Program-made: the position numbers and the translations under genes
IMG/VR virus record: IMGVR_UViG_3300022879_000167
Location: 1-40,971 of that record
Origin: a virus
Taxonomy: Duplodnaviria > Caudoviricetes
DNA length: 40,971 nucleotides
Direction: 5' to 3' (one strand)
Shown here: in pieces, positions 8,615 to 16,430 of the stretch
Position numbering within the stretch: the first letter of the stretch is position 1
Layout: every line of letters begins with the position of its first letter
Notes under the pieces: model-generated
Databases searched by the model: none
Told to the model about the DNA's origin: nothing
The model's input: the letters and a program-made list of their open reading frames with translations, nothing else

Positions 8615-8875
8615 ATGTTGGACCCCGCAGATTTTCCGAACGCCATCGCGTTCGCATTTGAAGCAGTAGGCGGCATTGGTGCCGCCGCCAAGGTGTGTGA
8701 AAGGAGCTATCAGGCGCTCAATAAATGGCGCTTGGCTGCCAGTCTTCCCCGCACCGATTACACCGGTGAGACCCACTACGCAAAACTCTTAGCGACCGCT
8801 GCGGAGCAGAAGGGCAATGCGTTTGACGCTGCCTGGTTGCTCAATGCATCGGCTCCACTGAAGGCTGCAGTGTAG
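8615..8875 (+). CDS. cro: Cro-like HTH regulator
   Basis: GGIGAAAKVCERSYQALNKW HTH; GGAGGT SD; divergent from cI. Confidence 0.82.
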   Translation: MLDPADFPNAIAFAFEAVGGIGAAAKVCERSYQALNKWRLAASLPRTDYTGETHYAKLLATAAEQKGNAFDAAWLLNASAPLKAAV

Positions 8876-8879
8876 ATAG

Positions 8880-8903
8880 AAAAAAGGCGACCCAAAGGCC
8901 GCC
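8880..8903 (-). terminator. Leftward (antisense) intrinsic terminator just after cro
   Basis: Minus strand GGCGGCC-UUUG-GGUCGCC-U6; the stem is fully paired (one G.U) only on the minus strand. Confidence 0.65.
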
Positions 8904-8912
8904 CAGTTCCTC

Positions 8913-9203
8913 CCGGCACACACCACCACAGTGCTGTCGGGTCGCGACGAAGGTAGGAGGGCACACCACATGCAAGCCACCTCCCTTTATCGCGCTGCCA
9001 AGACACGGATGTCTTGGGTTGCTGCCTTTTCCACCACAGATTAGGCAGCTGTTGCGCCAGAGGTGAGCAACGGATTGTTCGCCTCGGCACGGTGCCGGTT
9101 TCGATCCCTAGATCTAGCCGGCGTTTGGGCCCTTTCAAGCCACGCGGCAAATGTATCACCACTGCATGTCGCGGGGCACTGGCAACTTCGTAGGATTAAT
9201 GCC
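8913..9203 (+). ncRNA. Structured cro-cII leader: array of hairpins with CACCAC(A) or ACGGAU loops
   Basis: At least six hand-verified stems, with G.U pairs favouring the + strand (see findings). Confidence 0.6.
8970..9044 (+). CDS. Putative 24-aa leader peptide MQATSLYRAAKTRMSWVAAFSTTD
   Basis: Strong AGGAGG SD 8 nt upstream, sequestered in a hairpin; no homology evidence. Confidence 0.35.
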   Translation: MQATSLYRAAKTRMSWVAAFSTTD

Positions 9204-9722
9204 ATGAGCCGAGTAGTTTTAAGCTGTGTTGATCGAGCGCAAAGGGAAGTTTTGACGCTCGAATTAGCTCTGTACCACGCCGCACGGGACTATCCCGGTG
9301 GTGCCGCTGCAATCGCCGCCACCACCGGTCGAAATGCCACCACGCTGCAGCACAAGTTGTCTCCTACCCACCCGTCACACGCCATCAACATTCAAGAGTT
9401 CGGCGAGATCCTCGAACTGACCAAGGACCGTCGTATCCTCGATGCGGTGCATGCACTGGTCGGTGACACAACCTGGCAGGAGCTGGCTGAAACCTATACC
9501 AGCGACATGCCCGAAACGCTCACCACTGGAATTGCCTCGTACTTCCGGCAGGTTGCCGACCTGGCTGATACCTGGGCCAAAAGCATTGGCGACGGTGTTG
9601 TGAATGACCAGGAATTGGCCGAGATCCGCCTGCAGGTGTTTCGCGGGATCCAGGGCCTGTTGGGGATGTTCAACCGCGCCAAATACGTCAACCAAACCAC
9701 TCGGGGGACGGACCGTGGCTGA
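9204..9722 (+). CDS. Phage CII-family (CP76-like) regulatory protein
   Basis: ALYHAARDYPGGAAAIA..TLQHKLSP..H pattern, DGVVNDQE; position after cro. Confidence 0.75.
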   Translation: MSRVVLSCVDRAQREVLTLELALYHAARDYPGGAAAIAATTGRNATTLQHKLSPTHPSHAINIQEFGEILELTKDRRILDAVHALVGDTTWQELAETYTSDMPETLTTGIASYFRQVADLADTWAKSIGDGVVNDQELAEIRLQVFRGIQGLLGMFNRAKYVNQTTRGTDRG

Positions 9723-9942
9723 TATCGCTGACTTTGCAAATGACCTGGTGCAAGAGCGGATCGATCAAGCCGTGGCTGCTCGCCTGGCGCTGATGTCCAA
9801 CGCGGCACCGTATTCTCTGATGTTCTGCGATGATTGCGACGAGCCTATCCCGGAGGCACGCCGTTTGGCACAACCCGGTTGCACACTCTGCGTTGGCTGC
9901 AAGGCCGCTGATGATCTGAGGGCTTCTCGTTATGCTCGATGA
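9715..9942 (+). CDS. TraR/DksA C4 zinc-finger protein (PtrB-like)
   Basis: ADIADFAND start; CDDC..IPEARR..PGCTLCVGC. Confidence 0.85.
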   Translation: MADIADFANDLVQERIDQAVAARLALMSNAAPYSLMFCDDCDEPIPEARRLAQPGCTLCVGCKAADDLRASRYAR

Positions 9943-12151
9943 CGTACTCAATCAGTTCGCAGACTTCGGTCTTGAGCCCGCGCAGCCACTGGTATTTGGC
10001 AAACTCACTCGCTGCAAAACCACCCAGGACAAGGGTAAGGAAAAAAACGGCTGGTACGTCATTCACGAGCATCGCACCGAAAAGAACGAGATGTTGATCT
10101 TTGGCAGTTTCGGTGACTGGCGCTCAGGCGATACCCAAAAGATCAAGGTCAAGGCCGGTCGCATGAGCCCCGAGGAGCGCGAAGTCATGCGCGCTCGCCA
10201 AGAGGAAGCCAAGCGCAAGGCTATCGAGATAGCAGCCAACGCCTCACGCCGTGCGGCCAACCGTGCTGCCGGCCTGTTCAAGCGTATGCCCGAGAAGGGC
10301 AAGAGCGCCTACTTGGATCGAAAGCAGATCGTTGGCTTCAAGGTACGCTATGCGCCACGCACCGGCGCATTTTTAGTGCCTATGTGTAACGTGCGCGACC
10401 AGATCGTTGGTCTGCAGGTGATCTTTCCCGCGAAGCAAGAAGACACAGGGCGCGACAAGGCCTATTGGCCCTACGGCATGTCGAAGGAGGGCGCCTTCCA
10501 CCTGATCGGTCCACACCCTGAACCGGGTGAGCCGGTGTTGGTATGTGAGGGCTACGCCACGGGCGCCAGCCTGCACATGGCCACTTCGCTTACCGTCGCC
10601 ATCGCCTTCGACGCGGGCAACTTGCTGCCGGTCTCCAAGGCCATGCGCGAGCGTTTCCCCGGCTGCCCGCTGATCATCTGTCGCGATGACGACTGGAAGA
10701 CCAAACGCCCCAATGGCGATCCCTGGAACCCTGGCGAGGAGAAGGCCAGCAACGCCGCGCTGGTTGTTGGCGGCCAGGTGGTCGCTCCGGTGTTCTCAGG
10801 TGAACGCGAGATCAAGTGGACTGACTTCAACGACCTGCACGTCGCTGAAGGTTTGGAGGTCGTCCGCCGCCAGGTGCTGGCGGTGGTCAAGCCTCCTGCA
10901 GCGGGTGGCTGGAAAGACCAACTCGCCCGTACCGAAAACGGCTCCCTGATCGCGCACATGCAAAACGTTGAGCTGATCCTGGGTAACGATGAACGCTGGG
11001 CCGGTGTCATCGGTTACAGCGTGTTCAGCTCCAAGATCGTGAAGCTGCGGTCCGCGCCCTTCGGCGGCGGTGACGGCGACTGGGCCGATATCGACGACAT
11101 GCGCGTGATGAAGTGGCTCGCCCAACAGTACAACTTGCGCGTGAAGGCGTCCCATGTGATCGAGGCGGTCAGCGTGGTTGCGCACGACCACGCCTTCCAC
11201 CCGGTACGCGAGTACCTGGAGAAGCTGGAGTGGGACCGCGTACCGCGCATCGAAACCTGGCTCACTGATGTGTTGGGCGTACACGCCAGCGAGTACTCGG
11301 CCAAGGTGGGCAAGCGCTGGCTGATCTCGGCGGTTGCCCGGGTGATGCGCCCAGGTTGCAAGGCCGACTCGGTGATGATCCTCGAAGGCGGGCAGGGCGC
11401 AGGTAAGTCCACGGCCATGGGTGTCCTCGGAGGCGAGTGGTTCATGGACACGCCTTTTGCTCTTGGCGACAAGGACAGCTTCCAGGCGATTCGCGGCAAG
11501 TGGATCGTAGAGCTGGGCGAGCTGGACAGTTTCAACAAGGCAGAAAGTACTAAGGCCAAGCAGTTCTTCTCCGCGTCCACCGACACCTACCGCGAAAGCT
11601 ACGGCCGCAGAACGAATGACGTGCCACGCCAGTGTGTTTTCGTGGGCACCACCAACCAAGAGGAATACCTCAAGGACGCCACGGGCAACCGCCGTTACTG
11701 GCCGGTGTTCTGCAACAAAGTCGACCTGGAGCAACTGCGCGAGATCCGCGATCAGCTATGGGCCGAGGCGTTGTTCTGCTTCGAGGCCGGCGATATCTGG
11801 TGGGTGAACAAAGACGAATCCAAGATGTTCGCCGAGGCCCAGGACGAGCGCTTCGTGGTGGACGAATGGGAAGGGCCAATTCTGGCCTGGATGGAGGAGT
11901 CGCAGATCGGCGAGACTGCGACCGGCAACGAGATCCTCACTCAGGCGCTCAAGCTGGACTTCGGCCATTGGGGCAAGCCTGAGCAGATGCGGGTCGGGGC
12001 GATCATGCACCGCCTGGGTTGGCGCAAGCGGCGCATGCCGGCCTTGCCGAAAAGCGGCGTGCGGCCATGGGCCTATGAAAAGCCTGCGGGATGGGGGCGT
12101 GCGTCTGCGTTGCAGCAGTCGGTGATCGAGGAGCCTTGCTTCGATGATTAA
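9932..12151 (+). CDS. Primase-helicase (TOPRIM plus VapE/VirE P-loop ATPase)
   Basis: VCEGYATG, RDDDW, TDFNDL; GGQGAGKST, ELGELD, VGTTN, GNRRYW. Confidence 0.88.
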   Translation: MLDDVLNQFADFGLEPAQPLVFGKLTRCKTTQDKGKEKNGWYVIHEHRTEKNEMLIFGSFGDWRSGDTQKIKVKAGRMSPEEREVMRARQEEAKRKAIEIAANASRRAANRAAGLFKRMPEKGKSAYLDRKQIVGFKVRYAPRTGAFLVPMCNVRDQIVGLQVIFPAKQEDTGRDKAYWPYGMSKEGAFHLIGPHPEPGEPVLVCEGYATGASLHMATSLTVAIAFDAGNLLPVSKAMRERFPGCPLIICRDDDWKTKRPNGDPWNPGEEKASNAALVVGGQVVAPVFSGEREIKWTDFNDLHVAEGLEVVRRQVLAVVKPPAAGGWKDQLARTENGSLIAHMQNVELILGNDERWAGVIGYSVFSSKIVKLRSAPFGGGDGDWADIDDMRVMKWLAQQYNLRVKASHVIEAVSVVAHDHAFHPVREYLEKLEWDRVPRIETWLTDVLGVHASEYSAKVGKRWLISAVARVMRPGCKADSVMILEGGQGAGKSTAMGVLGGEWFMDTPFALGDKDSFQAIRGKWIVELGELDSFNKAESTKAKQFFSASTDTYRESYGRRTNDVPRQCVFVGTTNQEEYLKDATGNRRYWPVFCNKVDLEQLREIRDQLWAEALFCFEAGDIWWVNKDESKMFAEAQDERFVVDEWEGPILAWMEESQIGETATGNEILTQALKLDFGHWGKPEQMRVGAIMHRLGWRKRRMPALPKSGVRPWAYEKPAGWGRASALQQSVIEEPCFDD

Positions 12152-12509
12152 GCGAATCGACGAGATGCTCAAACTATGGGCCCAGGATCTGCACTCGCCC
12201 GTGCCGGACAACGTGGGCGGATCGAGCGGTGGCAACATGATCGCCATGCTGATGGAGTGCAAGGGCGAGTTGATACGCGGCACGCGCGGCAGTCGGGTGC
12301 TGCTGGATGAGTCAGTGGATATCGAACTGATCGTCAAGAAGCACCTTCCGCCCCGGCTCGCCTTGGTCGTGTGGGAGCATTACTGCAACCACGAAAGCTT
12401 CCTTTCACAGAAGCTTCTGCACTGCGCATGCAGCTCACGGACGTACTACATGCGTCTGCATGACGCCCATGTATTCATTCAGGGGATGCTGATGGGGAAA
12501 GCTGCATGA
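12144..12509 (+). CDS. Probable Q-like late antiterminator (PA0613-like)
   Basis: IDEMLKLWA N-terminus, C-terminal HTH SSRTYYMRLHDAH; upstream of a promoter-terminator pair preceding the holin. Confidence 0.6.
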   Translation: MIKRIDEMLKLWAQDLHSPVPDNVGGSSGGNMIAMLMECKGELIRGTRGSRVLLDESVDIELIVKKHLPPRLALVVWEHYCNHESFLSQKLLHCACSSRTYYMRLHDAHVFIQGMLMGKAA

Positions 12510-12534
12510 CCCTCGGCGGCACTTCGCGTTCTTC

Positions 12535-12811
12535 TGTCCTACTGTCTGGCCTTGTCCGACTCGCATTTTGTGCAGTTGGACAGGCGCAGGCCACGCTGTT
12601 GTTGGTCCGTCCTACTGTCCAACCTTCACCCGCCCCGCGCACACATGAGCATAGCGGGCACGTAGTCGCGCCCATGGCGCGTACGCGTGCTTTTAGCTTT
12701 CTCTCTATACACAAGGAAAAAGGAAAAAGGTAGGACAGTAGGGCAGAGCCCCGTATTCAGGCGCCTGTGGCTGTCCTACTTCGATCAAGAATAGTGGGAC
12801 AGGTAAGACAG
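12535..12811. repeat. Direct and inverted TGTCCTACT/AGTAGGACA-type repeats, probable replication origin
   Basis: GTCCTACTGTCCAACCTT (12609-12626) inverted against 12727-12744 (16/18), with more copies near 12536, 12773 and 12793. Confidence 0.55.
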
Positions 12812-12837
12812 TGCACCAGAAGCGATAGCCGATTGAA

Positions 12838-12892
12838 TGCGTTGTCCCTGCGTTGCACCTGCGTCATACCTGCATTGCACCCGTATTGCGCC
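12838..12892 (+). repeat. Five tandem 11-bp repeats upstream of the late promoter (P-box-like)
   Basis: TGCGTTGTCCC/TGCGTTGCACC/TGCGTCATACC/TGCATTGCACC/CGTATTGCGCC. Confidence 0.7.
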
Positions 12893-12909
12893 ATGGCATT
12901 AAAACCCTC

Positions 12910-12938
12910 TTGCTGCCAGTAAAATCCACCTGTAAAAA
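12910..12938 (+). promoter_or_regulatory. Putative late promoter (PR'-like)
   Basis: TTGCTG-N17-TAAAAA followed about 50 nt later by a terminator. Confidence 0.45.
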
Positions 12939-12991
12939 GTACCCATCTTCGATAGGTGCGACCGCAAGCAGCGGGACTCACCACCACACTG

Positions 12992-13016
12992 AACCCGGCC
13001 ATTGCGCCGGGTTTTT
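12992..13016 (+). terminator. tR'-like intrinsic terminator
   Basis: AACCCGGC-CATTGC-GCCGGGTT-TTT. Confidence 0.8.
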
Positions 13017-13035
13017 GCGTTTATGGGGTAGGGCG

Positions 13036-13380
13036 ATGACGAACGAGCAGCAAGCGCTTATTGAGATGCCGATCTGGATGGTGATCGTACTGTCCCTGAT
13101 CGGCGGCATTTCCGGCGAGGCATGGCGGGCCGATAAGGCGGGAGTGAGCGGCTGGTCGCTGGTCCGCCGCTTGCTTCTTCGGTCCGGGGCCTGTGTGGTT
13201 TGCGGACTGTCCACCATGATGTTATTGCACGCGTCGGGCATGTCGGTCCTGGCGGCGGGGAGCATTGGCTGCCTGACGGCGATGGCCGGTGCCGATGTCG
13301 CCATCGGCTTGTACGAACGCTGGGCCGCCAAGCGGTTGGGCGTGTGCGATGTGCCGCCCTCGGGCAGCGGCCCTGCTTGA
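13036..13380 (+). CDS. Holin (Pseudomonas tailocin/prophage type)
   Basis: MTNEQQALIEMPIW..GGISGEAWRADK..GADVAIGLYERWAAKR; three hydrophobic segments; first late gene. Confidence 0.82.
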   Translation: MTNEQQALIEMPIWMVIVLSLIGGISGEAWRADKAGVSGWSLVRRLLLRSGACVVCGLSTMMLLHASGMSVLAAGSIGCLTAMAGADVAIGLYERWAAKRLGVCDVPPSGSGPA

Positions 13381-13448
13381 TACTCTGGAGGCCACGTAAT
13401 ACGTGGCTCTCAGTGATTCGCACCAAAATGAAGCACTAAAAAACACCG

Positions 13449-13577
13449 GGGACCCTGTCGGCATTCGAAGGGCACGGGGCATGAAACCCGCGGGAAAGCG
13501 TTAGCGGATGGGCTGCCAGCTTACTGAAATTCAATCCATTGAAATTGAAAGGTTTCCATTGAAAAGCCGTTGAAAAG
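13449..13577 (+). promoter_or_regulatory. Lambda-like cos packaging site (cosQ-cosN-cosB)
   Basis: GGGACCC ... ACG|GGGCATGAAACC|CGCGGG parallels lambda GGGTCCT ... ACG|GGGCGGCGACCT|CGCGGG; repeated CCRTTGAAA just before terS. Confidence 0.7.
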
Positions 13578-13585
13578 GAGGACTT

Positions 13586-14188
13586 ATGACGGATCCACTG
13601 TTTCTGTCTAAAAGCGCTTTCGCGGCTCGCATCGGCAGGACGCCGAGTTACATCACCTGGCTCAAAGGCAACAATCGCCTGGTCCTGTCGCCGGACGGCA
13701 AGATGGTCGACGTGCTGGCAACTGAAGCGCTGATCGTCGAAACCGCCGACCCCAGCAAGGCCGCCGTCGCTGCTCGACACCAGCAGGACCGGATCCAGCG
13801 TGACGTTTACAGCCAACTCTCCCCCCTGGTCGAGCCGACTAACACGGCTGCGCCGCCGCAGCCTATTGCTGTCGGCACCAAGGGCCACGACTTCCAGAAG
13901 GCTCGCGCCATGCGCGAACACAACCTGGCGCAGTTGGCCGAGATCGAGCTGCACAAGGCGCAGGGCTCACTGGTAGCCAGGGATGCTGTCGAGATGGGGG
14001 CGTACAACGCGGGGCGCCATCTGCGCGACCAGCTGTTCGGCCTGTTGCCCCAGCTGTCCCACAAGGTTGCAGCCATGACGGATCCCTGGGACATCGAGAA
14101 ACACTTGGCGGCGACACTTCGTAAATCACTGGAAGAGGCTGAGCGCATGTCCTCGTCCGACCTTGAACGAGCAATGACAACGAGCTGA
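13586..14188 (+). CDS. Terminase small subunit
   Basis: N-terminal wHTH (SKSAFAARIGRTPSYITWLK), coiled coil ..GSLVARDAVE; GGAGG SD; precedes terL. Confidence 0.82.
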   Translation: MTDPLFLSKSAFAARIGRTPSYITWLKGNNRLVLSPDGKMVDVLATEALIVETADPSKAAVAARHQQDRIQRDVYSQLSPLVEPTNTAAPPQPIAVGTKGHDFQKARAMREHNLAQLAEIELHKAQGSLVARDAVEMGAYNAGRHLRDQLFGLLPQLSHKVAAMTDPWDIEKHLAATLRKSLEEAERMSSSDLERAMTTS

Positions 14189-14191
14189 CCT

Positions 14192-16222
14192 ATGACCACG
14201 GAATTTCCTGACGGTGACCGTGCGTACCGTGAGGCGTATTTCCGTGGGCTACGTCCAGACCCTGACCTCTGGATCGACGAGTGGGCCGATGAGTACATGC
14301 GCATCCCTCGCGATACCGGCGCGCCTGAGCCCGGCCAGTACCGCACGGATCGGACGCCGTACGCTCGCGAGCCCATGCGCTGTTTGTCACCGGCTCACCC
14401 GTGCCGGCGGGTCGTCACCATGGTGGCCTCGCAACTGATGAAGACACAGGTCGCCTTGAACTGGATGGGCGGCCTGATCCACATGGCACCGTCCAACATC
14501 CTGGCGCTGTTGCCAAGTCTGAGCCTGTCCAAGCGGGTTTCTGGACGGATCAGCAAGACGATCAAGGCGACCCCAGTACTAGCGAAGCGAGTAGCGGCCA
14601 GCCGCTCGCGGGATGCCCGCAACACCATGGATACCAAGGAGTTCGAGGGCGGCGCCTTGTACGTCACCACGGCGGGCTCGGCTGCCAACCTGTCCGAATT
14701 GTCGGCACGCTACATCTACGGTGATGAGGTCGACCGCTGGGAAAACGACGTCGGCCAGGAAGGTGACCCCATCGTGCTAGCAGAGACGCGGGCGACCAAC
14801 TTTGGCCGCAACGCCAAGATCTATTTCTCCAGCTCGCCGACGATCAAGGGCGCCTCGCGGATCGCAGATCTGTTTGAGTCCAGCGATCAGCGTTACTACT
14901 ACGTGCCGTGCCCTTCATGTGGGCACATGCAGGTGTTGGAATGGGAGCGCTTGCTCTACAGCCAGGACTACAGGACGGTTCACTACCAGTGCGCCGCGCC
15001 TGACTGCGACGTCCTGATTGAGGAGCATCACAAGACCGACATGCTCGCCCGTGGAGAGTGGCGTGCCCACGGCCGCGGTGATGGCAAGACCGTGGGGTTC
15101 CACCTGAACGCGCTTTATTCGCCGGTTGGCTGGAAGGACTGGGCCTCGCTTGCGGAGGAGTTCGAAGACGCCAAGAAGGCCCAGGCCAAGGGCGACATGG
15201 GGCTGATGCAGGTGTTCTACAACACCCGTCTCGCCAAGGTCTGGGACAGCGCGCAAGAGCAGACCAAGGCTGAAGTACTGATCGCTCGGGCACGACTGGA
15301 GACCTACACCCTCGGCAGTATGCCGGTGGGCGTGCTGATGCTGACCGGCGCCGTCGACGTCCAGGCAAACCGCCTGGAGCTGATGGTGATGGGCTTTGGT
15401 GTCGGCATGGAGCGCTGGGTGGTCGATCACCAGGTGATCTGGGGCGACCCTGCCGATGAGCGTACCTGGGCGGTGTTGGACGAGAAGCTCAAGATTCGAT
15501 ATCGGCATCCGTGCGGTGTCGCGCTTGCGATCCTGGCGACGGGCGTCGACTCCGGCGGTCACCACACCGACGAGGTGTACCAGTTCTGCCGTGTACGGCG
15601 CTGGCGAAACATCTTCGCCATTAAGGGCGCGAGCAAGCCCGGCAAGCCGGTGATTGCTCAACGACCGTCCATGGTCGATGTGACATGGAAGGGTCAGACC
15701 GAACGTGGCGGCGCCGAGCTGTGGTTTGTCGGCACCGATACCGCGAAGGACTGGATCTATAACCGCTACGCCTTCGAGGACGGCCCTGGTTCGCTGCACT
15801 TTGCCAACGACCTGCCGGACGAGTTCTTCGCCCAATGCGTTGCTGAGCGCAAGGTCGCCCGATACGTCAAAGGCTACAAGCGTATCGAGTGGGTCAAGGG
15901 CAAGGCTGAGCGCAACGAAGCGCTCGACCTGATGGTGTATTGCCTGGCAATGGCGCATTACCTCGGCATCAACCGCTACCAGGAACACGACTGGGAACGG
16001 GTGCGGCAAGCGCTGGCGCAGTCCGGTTTGTTCGACGATGTGTTGGGCGTGAAGCCCGTGCAGGGTGAGCGCGTCGGCGCTGACGAAACACGGGCACCGG
16101 CACCAGTTGCGGCGCGTCAGTCGCTACCCGCACCGCCACCTGCTGCACCTGTCGCCCAACCGCGACCCGCTGCACCCCCTCAACGCCGCAGCTCCACCAG
16201 CGGTTACCTGAAGAGACGCTGA
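14192..16222 (+). CDS. Terminase large subunit (lambda gpA family)
   Basis: ASQLMKT Walker A variant, YGDEVDRW, SSPT, CPSCGH, GAVDVQ, VDSGG, RNEALD. Confidence 0.95.
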   Translation: MTTEFPDGDRAYREAYFRGLRPDPDLWIDEWADEYMRIPRDTGAPEPGQYRTDRTPYAREPMRCLSPAHPCRRVVTMVASQLMKTQVALNWMGGLIHMAPSNILALLPSLSLSKRVSGRISKTIKATPVLAKRVAASRSRDARNTMDTKEFEGGALYVTTAGSAANLSELSARYIYGDEVDRWENDVGQEGDPIVLAETRATNFGRNAKIYFSSSPTIKGASRIADLFESSDQRYYYVPCPSCGHMQVLEWERLLYSQDYRTVHYQCAAPDCDVLIEEHHKTDMLARGEWRAHGRGDGKTVGFHLNALYSPVGWKDWASLAEEFEDAKKAQAKGDMGLMQVFYNTRLAKVWDSAQEQTKAEVLIARARLETYTLGSMPVGVLMLTGAVDVQANRLELMVMGFGVGMERWVVDHQVIWGDPADERTWAVLDEKLKIRYRHPCGVALAILATGVDSGGHHTDEVYQFCRVRRWRNIFAIKGASKPGKPVIAQRPSMVDVTWKGQTERGGAELWFVGTDTAKDWIYNRYAFEDGPGSLHFANDLPDEFFAQCVAERKVARYVKGYKRIEWVKGKAERNEALDLMVYCLAMAHYLGINRYQEHDWERVRQALAQSGLFDDVLGVKPVQGERVGADETRAPAPVAARQSLPAPPPAAPVAQPRPAAPPQRRSSTSGYLKRR

Positions 16223-16223
16223 T

Positions 16224-16430
16224 ATGTCGTTTGCCCCGAAGCACCTCGAAGCCATCGAGCGCGCCATCGCACGCGGTGAAAAGACCGTGCGCTACAGCGA
16301 CCGCACGGTGGAGTACCGATCCATTGACGAACTGCTCAAGGCTCGCGACGAGATTCGCACGTCGCTGAGCCAAGCCGCCGGCCCGCGCTCTCGCGTGATC
16401 CGGCTTACCCATGGAGGCAAAGGAATCTAA
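16224..16430 (+). CDS. Head-tail joining protein (gpW-like)
   Basis: AIARGEKTVRYSDRTVEYRSIDEL; between terL and portal. Confidence 0.82.
   Translation: MSFAPKHLEAIERAIARGEKTVRYSDRTVEYRSIDELLKARDEIRTSLSQAAGPRSRVIRLTHGGKGI

Noticed and set aside
12506-12733. 75-aa ORF coupled to the Q-like gene
   Set aside because: Sequence is dictated by the origin-like repeats and is not protein-like; left uncalled
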